DNA from: the human T2T-CHM13v2.0 reference genome, Homo sapiens
NCBI RefSeq assembly: GCF_009914755.1
Contig: NC_060931.1
Direction: 5' to 3' (one strand)
Length of the DNA stretch: 64,000 nt
The position numbers and the translations under genes are program-made. The notes under the pieces are model-generated. The model had not been told where the DNA came from. It ran no database searches and was given only the letters and a program-made list of their open reading frames with translations. The first letter of the stretch is position 1. Each line of letters starts with the position of its first letter. This document shows, in pieces, positions 27,060 to 40,410 of this stretch.

Positions 27060-30000
27060 GAAAAGGAAGAACAAGGATTCCATAAACCAGGATCAGATAG
27101 ATGAGAAAACTCCCTGGGATCTGGTAGCAAATGTTCCTGCCCCAAGTAGTTGGGAGGGGGAGGATTGTGCGTGTGGAAGGTGGCGGTGGAGGAGGGGTTT
27201 CCCACTGTCCTATCTCTTAATAAACATGAGTTGAATTAATGCTTAGAGGCTAAGCAGCAAAAACCAGGACTAAACAAGCCACCTGAATGGTGCTTGATTG
27301 TTGCTCATTCTCTCCTCTTGGTGGGCAGAGTCAGAAATGTTATCAGGACAATGGGCGAGCAAGCTCCTTGGCCCCGGCTGAAACACAATGTCTCTATGGA
27401 CATTGAGCCAGGAGTCCTCAAAGCCAAACAACTGATGTTAGCAATGAGGACTTTGCTATTTACATAGAGCTTTCCATGAACCAAAACCATTGGTTTATAT
27501 GAGCTGAAAACATTGGTTAAGCCATGAGCGGGAGAGTGCTCAGAAGGAAAAGTGAACACAGAACCTTGCTTAGTAGCACTGAGGTGCTGCAGTCATGTCC
27601 CTGGTCCTTGCCACAGTTCAACTTCACCAGTGAGAGATGGGCACTAGGCACAGGGGTCTCCAAAGCCTTCAGAACAGCATGGTGGAGCTGTAGCCAGGGT
27701 GTTTACAGGGTAGAATGAAAGGGGACCCTGAGCCCTGGTGCTCGCTGGATGCCAGGGGTATATGAGGAGGAAGTAGTGCCAGTGCTTGGGCACCAACCTG
27801 GGGGTGAAGGGTCAAAAGAGGTAAAATGAAAAGGCTAACACCATAGCCTTATCCTCCCTGCTGGCATTCAACCCTGCCCTCTCAGCTGGGAAATAGCGTG
27901 GTCTAGAGGCTGTTGCTGTAGATCCTGACATGTACTCAGGTCAGCTCCTTGCAGCCTGTGGGATTTGGACAAAGTTGGAAGTAGGGAGGGGGAGCTAATG
28001 TGGCCTACTGGGTGGAAATTCTGGGCTAATTCAATATCCTGTTGTGGTTTGCACGGCTGAATGCATGATTGGTAATGATATTTTATATGCTTGTACTGTG
28101 AATGTCCACAAATATCAGAGGGAATTTTCCTGTTCGGGGATGACCACATGTACTGTCCAGCAAGTCCAACAGAAACAATATATAAACCTGAGGGAGAAAG
28201 GGAAATGTCAGCTTTAGTGAGGGATAATGACTGCTGGAATACTAAGAGAGGCCATTCTTCAGTACATTAGCTCCACTTCTCTCACACAGCCACCAAGTAC
28301 TCCTCCCACCACACTCTTCCCTATTGGCAGCTATTAACCTGCTACTAAGCTCTTGTTTAAACTGAAAATCTTTCCAACAGAAGCCTGTGACTCTCAGGCT
28401 GGATATTCCCATTTGGGATGGGTCAAACAGAACTCAACAAAACAAGGTGGGAAGCGCCCAGTGAGCCTGTCTTGTCAAATAGAAATAGTATATTTAAGAG
28501 TGCTGCTCTAGTGGCATCTGAGAGGCCACTGAGTTTTACGTGAAACAGTAGCAGTCATCTCTTTGGAAGAAACTTTTATCTCCCCCTCCACTGCCTGAAG
28601 GAAAGCTGCTGGCTCAATAGGGCCCTTGATTCATCAAGGTTGGTCTGTAACCCTGAGCTCTTTCACTGATGATGGTTTAGCTAAGATGACATCTGATGAT
28701 GTCCACTGGGTGGAAGCAACCATCCAGCCTCAGTGACAATTCTGTAAGACCAACTGCAGCACAATGGGCTGAATTGAAAGCCACACCCTCGCCTTAGACA
28801 GTACTCCTAAGGACTATTTCTGACTCTTAGGCTGTTACCAATGGCCTAGCCATGTGGTCTGCCACTTGGAAGACTAACACGGGCAGATAAAGATATTCCT
28901 CTCTGCGGCCATGAACTGTATAAACAAATTGTGTCTCCCAAGTAGATAGTCTGGGTCCCTTGTGTTGATGGCATTGTAAGGGCCTGTTGTCTGATGGGAA
29001 CAATGAGAATTGAGCTGTTGATTGAGTGTGCAATGCCCAGATTGCTCCTATTGCTGCCTGGTGTCCTCACCTCATCAGAAATGGCAACAGATCCACCATT
29101 GCAGACTAGACACTGTAAAGGACCATGTGTTTCTGATGCAGAAGCTTCCACTGTATACCAGACTTGTGACTCCTGCCGAATTTTGGCCTGTTTGTTCTGT
29201 GGTAAAGTAGGCCACATTGCACAGGACATTACCTCTGTCTATTCCTGGCAAATTGACTATATCAAATCTTTGACCCCCTTTTGAGACTACCATTGTTGTC
29301 TCAATGCTTTGACATTTTTCTTTTTAAGGTTATGCTATTGCTGTTTCAGTCCAATCAGCTGACTCTAGCCACACCATTGTGCTTTAAAGTGAAATTGTGT
29401 CATGCATTAGGCTTTCTGAATCATTTGCAAAGAACATCTAACAATGAGATAATAGTCAAATACTTAAATGGACATTCCATATTCCTTACTATATCCAGTA
29501 TTGCTGAGTGCTAGAATGGCATTCTCAAAAACTAACTCAAAAGTGTTTCTGACTCTTTGTCCAGTACATTTTCCTGGTCTACATATTTTAGTAAGGCAAT
29601 TTGGTCACTTGATTTGGCTGTCTCAAGAAAAGGTCATCCTTTTTGGTTACTTCTGAGTAATAATTAGTACAAAAGGAGTACAGAGTTATATAGATCCGTT
29701 ATGAAAGCTTGGGACTCCATTCTGACTAATCATGGACATGGTATGTCTTTCCTTCCCCTAATAGCAAATCCGGGTCAGCCTGATTGGTACATTTTCCAGG
29801 TGGCAGCCTGGGCAAAAGAAACCTGGGACATGACTGGTCCTGGATTATTCTGCTATGTCTGATGTTATGAATGGTTACAAACACACAGTCTGGCACAACA
29901 TTGTTTCAATCTGACTGATTATAAATTCATATGCTTCTCCCGCTGCCTGAGCAGTGTTAGGTTAAATAATGTATGACTGTAACTACTCAGTGGCACTGCC

Positions 30001-30300
30001 CATGTTTTTTAACTCAACATACTTGTGATTGAGATCAAGTTTAACAACAAATATCAAATTGGAGTAACTGGGAGACTTTCAGGTTCTATGTTTGTATGTG
30101 GAAGAGAATGGACCATGAATTGTCTCACCATTTGTGTTGGGGGCTCCTTTTTGACCCAACTATTCTCCCTGTAATTATTGGCGATTATACCAAGGACTGA
30201 TGAATTAACCTCTAATTCAATGAATTCACCTTTAAGTTGATGAATTAACTACCTTCTTTTGTGTGGGTCATTATGGACAATAGACAGACCTTCAAGACCA
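27060..30300 (+). pseudogene. Degenerate ERVL internal region (pol: RNase H and integrase relics)
   Basis: FTD (28662-28670), AQWAELKA (28759-28782), SDS*AVTNGLAMWSATWK (28819-28872), CDSC zinc-finger half, WQIDYI (29246-29263) and WTFHIPY (~29469). Frameshifted and stop-ridden. Confidence 0.85.
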
Positions 30301-30304
30301 TTCT

Positions 30305-30766
30305 AGCTGGCCACCCAAAAATGTCCACATCCTAATCCCCAGAACCTGTGAATATGAGACATGATAGGGAAAAGGGACTTTGCAGATGTGATTGAGTTAA
30401 GGATATTGATATGGGGAGATTATCCTGGATTATCTGGGTGGGCCCAAGGTAACCACAGTGGTCTTATAAGAGGAAGGCAGAAGGGACAGAAATGTGAGTG
30501 AATATTTAAGAATGGAAGCAGAGGTCAGGGAGGAGGAAGATGATTTAAAGATGGAGGAAGACGTCATGAGCCAAAGAATATAGGAGGCCTCTAGAAGCTG
30601 GAAAAGGTAAGGAAACAAATTCTCCCCTAAAGTCCCCAAAACGAATGCAGTCCTATGGATCCATTTTACACTTCTGACCACTAGAACCATAAGATAATAA
30701 ATTTGTGTTGCTTTCAGTCACAAAGTTTGTGGCAATTTGTTACAGCAGTACTAAGAAATGAATACA
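30305..30766 (+). mobile_element. MaLR LTR (MLT1C/D-like)
   Basis: cctaatccccagaacctgtgaatatg...gggactttgcagatgtgatt...ttgttacagcagtactaagaaatgaataca. Confidence 0.85.
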
Positions 30767-31560
30767 GATTTTGGTACCAAGGGTGGGGTGCCGCCGTAAC
30801 AAATACCTAAAAATGTGAAAGTTGCTTTGGAATAGGTAATAAGTGGATGCTAGAAGAATTTTGAGGAATATAATAGAAGAAGCCTAGATTGTCTTGAATA
30901 GATTGCAAGTAAAACATTGATATTAAAGAATTTGCTTGTGAGGGTTCAGAAGGAATTGGGGAGCACGGTAGAGAAAACCTATGTTTTCTAAGGGAATACG
31001 TCAATTACCATAAATAGGCCATTGATAGAAATATGGATGCTAGCATCACTGCTGATGGAGGCACAAAGGAAATGAGGAACACCTTATTGAAAACTGCAAG
31101 AAAGGTGACCCTTGCTATATAGTAGCAGAAAGCTTAGTGTTGAAAGCAAATAGTTGAAGATGCAGCCTTGTTTCTTCCTGCTGCTTACAATAAGATGTAA
31201 AAGGAAACAGAGGGATTGAAGAAAGAACTGTTAAGCAAAAAGGAACCAGGACTTGATAGTTTGGGAAATTCTCAGCCAATCCATATTGCAAAAGACACTA
31301 AAATGAGGAGATTTACTGTCAAGAAAGTACGTCTTGAAGGGAAAGCCAAGGGTGTGGCTGGACAACCTCTTGCCAGTGCATCAGAGGGGCCAAAAGGCCA
31401 GAGTATTCAGTCATACAGAGGGCTCTGTGAGGAGATTAGATGTGATTCATGGGTCCCATAAGCCATCTAAGAAGAAACCAGGAATAGAGATGGGGTTATC
31501 AAAGAAAGATCTGTAAAGGAAAAGCACCTTCTTGTCTAATGGTATGAATCCCTATAAATA
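30767..31560 (+). mobile_element. MaLR (MLT1) internal sequence, truncated
   Basis: Begins gattttggtaccaagggtgggg...aaatacctaaaaatgtgaaagttgctttgg immediately after the LTR, as in the MLT1-int leader. Confidence 0.75.
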
Positions 31561-31599
31561 AAAGGAATCCTTTCCTTTTATTTTCTCTCCCTTTTTCAT

Positions 31600-32290
31600 C
31601 TTTATTATGAAGGAAAAAAATAGTAACTACAATGGATAAATCTGGCACCTTAACCAAGTAATCAAAGTTAACATTATCAGTAATGGGACAGATGGAAATT
31701 TTGTGCCACCTGATAGGAGGCAATGAGAACACAGTATCACTTCTGTGAGATTCCTGTCAAAAATATAATCTGAATCTAACCTTGAGGACAAACTCAAATT
31801 GAGAGAGACAAACTCTAAAATAACTGGTCTGTATTCTTTCAGATGTCAAAGTCATAAAAGACAAAGACAAACTGAGAAATTATTACAGATTAAAGAAGAA
31901 AAGGAGACAACGATCACTCAAGACATGATCTTGGATTGGATCCTTGAGTAATACATTTTTTCTCTCTTTTACTATAAAAGATATTATTAGGACAATTAGT
32001 CTAATAATGAAATAAGGTCCTTAGGTAACATAATAAGGTGGGTATCAATGTTACTTTTTCAGATTTTAACAACTGTACTATTGTATGTAAGAGCATGTCC
32101 TTGTTTTTGATAGAAATACACACTTAACTATTTATGTCTGTAACTTTCTCATGAACAGTTCAGGGGAAATACACACACAAATGTATATATATTTACATAT
32201 GCAAACAGAGATAGACAAATATGGGAAAGCATTAACATCTGGTGAATCTGAATCAAGGAAATATGGAGATTCTTTGTGTGTAATCTCAGA
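31600..32290 (+). mobile_element. Old L1 (L1MC/ME-like) 3' region
   Basis: accttaaccaagtaatcaaagttaacattatcagtaatggg, ttggattggatcctt, gtatcaatgttac and ggtgaatctg motifs. Confidence 0.7.
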
Positions 32291-32342
32291 TGAAGATCGT
32301 TTACTCCCATTTCAGACAGTGCTTCAGTGTGGAACACAGAGT

Positions 32343-32817
32343 TGTACTGATTAGAGTGAAAGCTAAGCTGCAGTAACAAAGAGGCCCAACAACACAGTGG
32401 CTTAAGAAACAAGGCCCTTTATTCTCATTCTCGAAGCAATCCAGAACCGGCAGAGGGGCCCATTTGCTCCGTGCAGTCACGAGGGCTCCTTCCATCTCAT
32501 TTCTCCCCATCACCTGGAGCACCATCCTCTTTCACATGGTTGATGCTAGCTTACAGGCCTTATCATGTTCCAGCTCACCAGAAAGGGTAAGAAAGTGGTA
32601 GAGCACGTGTGCCACGGTTGAAGGCCCAGGCCTGGAAGTGGCACACGTCACTTCTAACTCATATTCCTGATGGGGAGGTCTTGGTCATATGACCACACCA
32701 AGTTGCAGGGAGGGAATTTGTGGGAAGGGAAGGAGGTGTGATGTGGAGCTGGGCAACTCAATTAATATGGAAGAGGAGTGGAATCCGTTTGGTGGGCTAC
32801 AATAAACCTTTGCTACA
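32343..32817 (-). mobile_element. Old MaLR LTR (MLT1K/L-like)
   Basis: ctaagctgcagtaacaaa...cagtggcttaagaaacaagg...cctggaagtggcacacgtcacttc...ttgctaca. Confidence 0.6.
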
Positions 32818-35800
32818 AGTAGCCTGTGTAAATCTCTGTCAAAATATCTGCAGCGTAGTTTTATTTATTTAAGTTTCCCCACTAGCCTGTGAGCCCCATG
32901 AGGACCAAGGACTAAGCTCTCACTTCTGACTTCCCAGTATCTAGCTCACATGTGAACACTCACTATGTTTCTATTGAAAAATGAATGGGGCACTTAAGTG
33001 TCTGGGTTGGGGGAGCAGGACAAGGGCAAAGATGAGCATCATTTTCATGACCTAGTTCAGAAAGCAAAGCTGAGCTTACTTATCAATGGCACTACACACC
33101 AAGTTTGTATAAGGCATTTGGTGAAAAGCTTTGCTCTGAAAAGAATGAGTTAACTCAGCCAAAAAGGGTGGGGCGGGTAGCACAATTCAAATGTGACATT
33201 CTACAGTTCAGCTCAAAAGAAGCAATTGGCTGATTGTCACCAAGTGACCTCACTTTGCTCTGCAGTTATCAGCATGGGAAGATATAAAACAGGTGAACCT
33301 GTGAATGTACACTGGTTTTAAACAGAGATAGAGGATGTAAAAGTCATTCTGAAGCATATGGGAGGAGCTGCTTCTACAAACCTGATTTCCCAGCTGCACA
33401 GTGGGATCAGAGGAGCAGGGCCGGGGACTTTTGTTCCGCAGAGTCCACCCCCACTCCCTATAGAAGGAGAGCTTCCAGGTGGCCTAAGTCAGCAGAATCA
33501 AGCAGGGTGCCCCATCCTGGGCTCCTGGAGACAACAACAGATGGCGGATGGGCAAAGCAAATTAATCAAGCCACCAAATGTTCTCAGATTTGGTTTTCAA
33601 ATTCGCTACTAGTTACACACCGCCACTGTTACTGTGCATCATATTTACTTGACAGCATTGTCCAGTCCTTAGATTTCTCTCACTGGCTCACGCTAAAGAA
33701 CATATGCCTTGTATTTCAATTAGCATTTTCCAAAGTTCAAGGGAATTCTGGGGCTGAAAAAAAACCAGTATGCCAGGAGTTCATGTACAAAGGCCATCTG
33801 TGGGGCTCATTTCAGTGTGCTGATGTAGCCTAAAAGGCAGAGGCTTGAGCTTAGTCTTTTTGAAATATAGGTTTTAGAAAAGCTCCTTGAACATACTGCA
33901 ACACACTCCATGTGGGATTCTTGTCCGTCTCTTTGGAGGAGTTGGTCATGACTTTTAAGATCTTTTCTCATCCTTCCAGCTCTTCCCATCATCCATGTGA
34001 GGCCGTAGCTGTGTACAGAGCAGATTAGTGCAGTCTAACCACTCATCCATCACATAAGCCTTTCAGCAGCGAGTAGGCAGCCAAATGTCAGCGTGGCATG
34101 AAACTCCAGAGAAAGCACAGTCTACACAGATAAGGGCCAGCAAAGCACAGGGTATGGGTTTTGCTCACAGAGCATCTAGATGTGTTGTGCTACTCCTAGA
34201 GGATGTTCTTAACATCGAAAGCGACAGCTGAGGAGAAGAACTATCTAGAGGGCAATTTGGTCATAGCATGGAGATGAGGAGAATGGGAGACATCAAGGGA
34301 TGGAAACGGATGAGGTGGGCACATCCCCAAGAACCATAAAAATGTCCCAAAGACATCTGAAAATACATTTGGAAACCGTACCTCAAGGCAGTGTGGTCCA
34401 GGTTCTGGTTCCTTCCCTGCCAGTACCTCCAATCACCTCTCTGGAGCTGTTTCCTTTCTGTGCAGTGTGGTGGGTAAGACTCCCTAGGTGATTCTCAATA
34501 GGCCATATTCACATGGTGCGGCTGGTCTAAGCCCAAGTGTCATGAGGATGGAGAGGACACAGAGGATGAGCCCAGGCAGGGCCAGCTCTGGGAACGCTGG
34601 CCACCTTATCAAAGGACATATTCCACATAGACTTGGCTGGAAGGACCTTCATCAGAATTTTTTTTATTACTACCAGGAGAGTGAAAATCAGGAAAACAAT
34701 TTCCATGGTATCCATAAATTGGGGCTGATCTTGAGATGAATTATAACAAATTCTTTTGCTTATGTACTACTTTTCAGTTCCTAAAGTGCTTTTAAGCTCC
34801 ACTCTTTGGGGATAAGTGGGGGGATTATTTATCCACTTTAGAAATAAAATTGCATAGAATTTGAGACCTCCTAGCAAATGGTAGAGACAGGATAAACCTA
34901 ACTGGTGTGATTGAGAAGGCCAAGCCCCTCTTCATCTGCCTCAGAATATGTCCCTCGACTCAGCCAAAGAGTAACAAATACCTACATTAACCCTTTAATA
35001 TGGATTAGTCGTTAAATTATATTGGTTAACTGTCATCTAATGAATAGCAAAATCTTGAGGAAACCAGGCACAAATCAAATCAATTTGTTAGACAGGAAGG
35101 TGAAAGGAATGGCCTAGGTGCTCACACATGTTCGCATGGGCAAGATAAGTCCAGGCTGGCATTCAGGGGGCCCAGGGTCAGGATGAGTGCACTGACATAG
35201 CCACAGGGCCAGAGATCAGGAGCAGCAGGTCCAAGGGCAGATGTGGGTTCATGAAGCAGGAGTTTTGACACATTTAGCCCTTTGTGATTTTGTTTGAGGC
35301 AGGCCCTGTCTGGAGTACTGCATTCAGCACAATGAAGAAAAACACAGTGAATACCTGAAAAAGAGATGCTCAAATGCTCAAATGGATACGAATGACTTCA
35401 ATTATTTATAACACCTCCATATTTCAAGGCTCTACCCCCTGGATTCTGATTGTATAGGTCTGAGGTGCAGCCTAGGAACCAGCATTTCCAAGGACCATGC
35501 CAGGTGATTACAATGCAGAGGGTTCATGGATTACAACGAGTAATACTATACTAGTTGTGCATCCAGAAGGTAAACGATGGGCAATACTTGAGTGGTGTTT
35601 AGTTCTTCCCTTACCTGCGGATATTTTGTGCCGATTTGGAGGCCATGGGTGGGCACTTCATGGCATTTCTATCTGCTGCTATGGAAGAGAGCTCTTCCCG
35701 CCCCCATCCTATGCAGAATCTTTAGATTGAGAGGGGTATGGGAGTCTTCCTTCTACATTTCCCAAACAAAGACATAGCTCAAACAGCTTGTCACATGAGG

Positions 35801-36346
35801 TGGTTAGGAGGCTCCCCGGTGCATTTGGAAGGGAGTGAAAGCTACAGAGTATACAGGGAAATTGAGCAGGAAGCCACGTCTCCAAGGCATCCATTAGAGA
35901 ATGGAAAGAGCTGGCTAACTTTGAGTTATAGGGTCATAATTCCATCTCAGGATTCTGGCAATAGCATAAACCACTAGAACTCTTCCTTGGTAGTTTATGA
36001 ACACTTTGCCCTCCCTACCCTCACCCCACCTCCTGCCTTGGAAGATTAATAGCTCTGTAAATTACAGTTGTATTAAAATATATGTATTGTATCTTGATAT
36101 GAGGCTTTCATATGGGTATGAAAGCGCCCTCAACTTCCATCTCCCTAGGTGACATGTCTTGCTTTGTGTACTAATGCAGTTTCAGTGTTGAAAAAAAAAG
36201 GACTTCCAGACTGACAGAAGCACCACAAAAGGCTGTGCTGGGAATCAGCAAATGTAAAAGTACAGAGGCAAGAAAAAGATGGACATTAGGGGATGCCCAG
36301 GAGAGAAATGTGGCTGAAGTAGAGAACTTGAGTAGGTTGAGACTAT

Positions 36347-36347
<1 letters not shown>

Positions 36348-36409
<62 letters not shown>

Positions 36410-36410
36410 T

Positions 36411-36452
<42 letters not shown>
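36348..36452. repeat. Compound (TG)n-(GA)n microsatellite
   Basis: About 30 TG units (two TT interruptions) directly joined to about 19 GA units. Confidence 0.97.
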
Positions 36453-36456
<4 letters not shown>

Positions 36457-37054
36457 TGAATAATGCACGAGGTATTTGGACTTTGAAGGCAACATACCTT
36501 TGAAGATTTCTGGGTAGGGATGTGACATGATGAAAATGATGTCCAGGGTGGACTGGTTGCTCAGGATGGCCCTAGGGATGACGGGCTGCCTGTAATAGGA
36601 CCACGAGGGAAGCAAGGAGCTTTATCTTGAGGCTGTATTGCCACATGAGCATTGGTTTTCGATTGCTTAGATTGCATGTATTTGGAGTGGCTCAGCGGGA
36701 GCTGGTGGGATCAGCATTAGGTGTCTTTACTGCTTTTTTTAAAAAGAGGGCAGATGAACCCATTTTGTCTTTCTGCCTCCTGGTTCTCTATGAAGCTATG
36801 CTTACGCCTAGATTTCTTACTTTGCATATAAACATGTCATATCTGTATCCTATTTCTGGGACAGAGCCACGGCGTGTGAAAGCCAGGTATCTCAATCTCT
36901 GGTTCAGGATCTACGATGTCATGTTGTTATCCCTTAAAGTGATTATTCTCTAATTATTTATTGAAATTGTCTTTCCTGAATTCCTCAAATCAGAGTCCAG
37001 ATCCTCCCCCAGACACGGGGTCTGGGCCACTGAATAATACAGTGGAGGGCTCAG

Positions 37055-37165
37055 GAAAGCAAAGGGGAAGGAAGAAGTAGAGGGGATGAAACAGAAAGAA
37101 GACGAAAGGAAGGAGAAGAGGAAAAGGGGGAAGTAGGACAGAGGGAAGGGAAGAAGGAAGAGCAG
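37055..37165. repeat. Purine-rich (GA) low-complexity tract
   Basis: Almost exclusively A/G over about 110 nt. Confidence 0.8.
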
Positions 37166-39994
37166 TTCAAAGATAGAATGGTGGTAAAAGGGCGCCAGTC
37201 GCTACAAAAATTGCTGCCCTAGAAGCGAGAGGAAGGCGTCCTGGTGTGTAAAAGCAGCCTCTCACTTTCACCACGTGGGGGCAGACTCTACTTACAAGAA
37301 AAAGCAACAATTTGCAATGGCTTCAGGGTCAAAGGGATCCTCTTGGCACACGGAGGATTCGGTATTGAGCTGATCACTCACTCCCTGAGGTTCTTCTAGT
37401 CCCTCAACAGCTGGAGCCCCATCTCTGGGCACAATGTCAGTGTGGATTAAAGAAAAAAAGAAGGCCAACTTTGCTCAAACTTAGATTTTCACATCATGTG
37501 GAGTACAGAATTACAGTTGAACAGATACCACGTAGAACAAAACATTTTGCCGTTTCACCTTATTATTTAAAATATAGAATTGCCCAGGCTTTTATGCAGT
37601 CTCTCATTTCTTTATGTCTTTTCCTTTACTGAAGAGTTATTGCATATACATTATATGTGCATCGTTCAAGGAATTTCCAAACGTTGGAAAGCATTCTTCT
37701 TAATTTCTTCCAGCTCCTTCTCAGTCTTTGCTTGTTATATTTTTAGCCTAAGGTGATAAAAATGCATGGGAATGTGTACGTTAGTTTCTTAAAAAAAAAA
37801 AACAACTCATAAACTCTGAGCCTTTGCGTTAAAGGGATATTTTTATTTGGAGAATGGTTGAAAACAACCAAATTACTGCAGGTAGTTCTGTGGTGCTTCA
37901 AAAGCAATCATTGCAAGTGTCTGGTTGCCTCTGAGCACAATGCAACTAGCATAGGGCTAACAGGGCGAAGTGCCAACTGAGATATTAAAGGGGACCGATT
38001 TCCTCCAACCCCCCAAGTTGTTAAATATTATTATCCCTGAAAACAGCATTTCAATGTCCATTTTGTTTTCCTTTTGGTAGATTTTTTTCTTTTTTGAACA
38101 ATATAGAACAAGTTAACTCCAGCAAGTATGTATGTTTTCTAAAATAGATTTTCTAAGTAGCCAATTAAAAACAGAATCTCTTGAAAATAAAAATATTCTC
38201 TTTGGAATGGTGATTGGGCCTCTGAGATAAAGAATCTCATTTGCAAGTTTAAAAGGAATAAGAACTTTCTATTATCTACAGACTGAGTAAGTGCTGAGAA
38301 AAAGGCAATTTTGCTATTCCCTATTCCCCCCCTAAAAATTAAAAAATAGAAGGATAGCAAATTGACTGGACAATTGTGGGAAGTTTGGTTCCATCAGTCT
38401 CATGATTTTCAGTGTGTCCAGGTTAACAATAAAATTTAGTTTATGTGAGTATATGAGGTAGTGGTTTCATTCCAATTGTCTGTTTAATCTGGTGGCACAA
38501 GAAGTAGCAAAGCTACTGTTTTGTAGCAAGGTCTTGGGGCCTAGCGTTTCCTCATTCCTAAGTTTAAGGAGAAGAGCATTACCTCCACTTAAGATTTACA
38601 TAACTTTTTATGAAATACCTTCACGCTAATTTAGTCCACGGCCCCTTTAACACATATAATCCATTACAGTGCTGCAGAGATGATTACTTCCGGATGTGGT
38701 TTCTGTTCTCTCCCTCTGTTTCACAAGCTGTGTGCTGACGTTATGAAGCTCTTGCAAGGAAAAAAAGAGAAAAACTTCTAAAATGATTTCTTCTTCTTAA
38801 AAAACAGGAGAAGTGACTGCAAAGAATGATTTACTATCAGTCTCTGCTTTGCAGCAGCGGAAAATTGGGAGAGGATCAAACATCCTCTCCAATTTGGCTA
38901 CTACCTTCTAGGTTTAATAGTGTTTTAAAATGAAATCTCTGACCGTCTTTGTAAGAGCTATTAATTTGTACCTTGCAGAAATGCGATTCAAACGTTTCTG
39001 GAATCGAAACCTTGGAGGAGGTTTTATAGTAAAGAAATATTAGAGACATCTGAGATTTTCTCTGAAAGTTGATGTGATCTCTTATCTGAAAATCAAAGGC
39101 TTTGACCCAAACTTTGAGATCCCCTCTCTCATTTAATTGGTGTTAGCAGGGAAGGTCTGATAAATACCGAAGGGGCTGACAAAACTCTGTTTTGCAACTA
39201 GTGTAGGGCCAAGACTTTCTCTCTCTTATTTGACTCTATCCCTTGAGAGCCTCATTTGTTTTTAGTACCTAATTTTATTGTTCATTCTTACTAACCTTCC
39301 AATCTCAATGCACTTTAAGAAAAAAGTAAACCAAAAGTAATTACTTGGAGAACACAAAGCCGTATCTATATATGAGATCAAACATTTCCAACCTTCCCTT
39401 GCTATTTACTTCTAAATAACTACTCTTCTTTCTAGTGCTTTCTGCTTGTTTTTGTGACAAACTAACAGCAGGGAATGTCTTCAGGCTAATTATACAGGAC
39501 CATTATGTGATTCTGCAGGAGGAGGACTAAGGAGAGCTCTATTTCCAGCTTTAGTTTCAGGGGGAAATGAAATCCTAAGGGAAATCAGGCCTAGGCTGAC
39601 TTCTCAGATCACAAGTAATTCTGGTCTAGGAGTCCCTTGCCCTCCACTAAACAAGAAGGCCCCGGATATTCAGAGGATGACTTCTAGTATCCTTTGGATA
39701 AGTGGCTTCAAGTGGTCTTAAAAGTTGCTATACAGCCAATGCCTTCCCCTCCTCTCATTCAGAGGGTTCAGCATGAGTGTGAAAAGGATGAGAAACACAA
39801 AGACATAGGAAAGAATATAACAGCAGTGACTAAACATCTAGACTTATCTTTTGGGAAACAAAAATCTCAGCGTCAAATGTGGTGGTAACATAGAGAATTG
39901 TGAAAATTTCTCAGAAGATCTGGTGCTCTGCCCACACTGCAAACCCAGCCCCAAGTATCGACCAAGTCCAGCCTCCTCTCAAGAGCAACACACG

Positions 39995-40410
39995 TTGGCC
40001 TCTAGTGGGAGGACTCCTTTGGCTGCAAGCCACAGACCCCAAATCCAGACTTTAAAAGAAATTCCAGGGCTGCTTCTTGCTTCAGGGGTCAAATGCTCTT
40101 CTCCAGTCTCTGACTCTCTCTGTGTCTCACACTTGTATTTGTTTCTGCCTGTTCATCCTTCAGATGGGAAAGCAACATGGCTGCCAGAAGTCTGGGACTT
40201 ACAATCAACCACCTTGGAGATCCAGCATCCTGGGGAGGAATGTGAGGTCAGGTCTGGGCCATGTGCCCGCAGTGGGGTCAAGGCAGGGTGAGGTTAGCTT
40301 CACTCAAGCCACAGGAATGCGCTTTCCACAGGAAAGATGGAAAGATAGGTTCTATTACCTACCATAAGAGGAAATGGTTCTGGGCACCCAAAACCAAAAA
40401 AATGTTCCGT
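39995..40410 (-). mobile_element. Old MaLR LTR relic
   Basis: ggactcctttggctgcaagccacagacccc and gggaaagcaacatggctgcc are typical of antisense MLT1. Confidence 0.5.

Noticed and set aside
36235-36615. CV/ER- and HT/SL-repeat ORFs
   Set aside because: Translations of the microsatellite.
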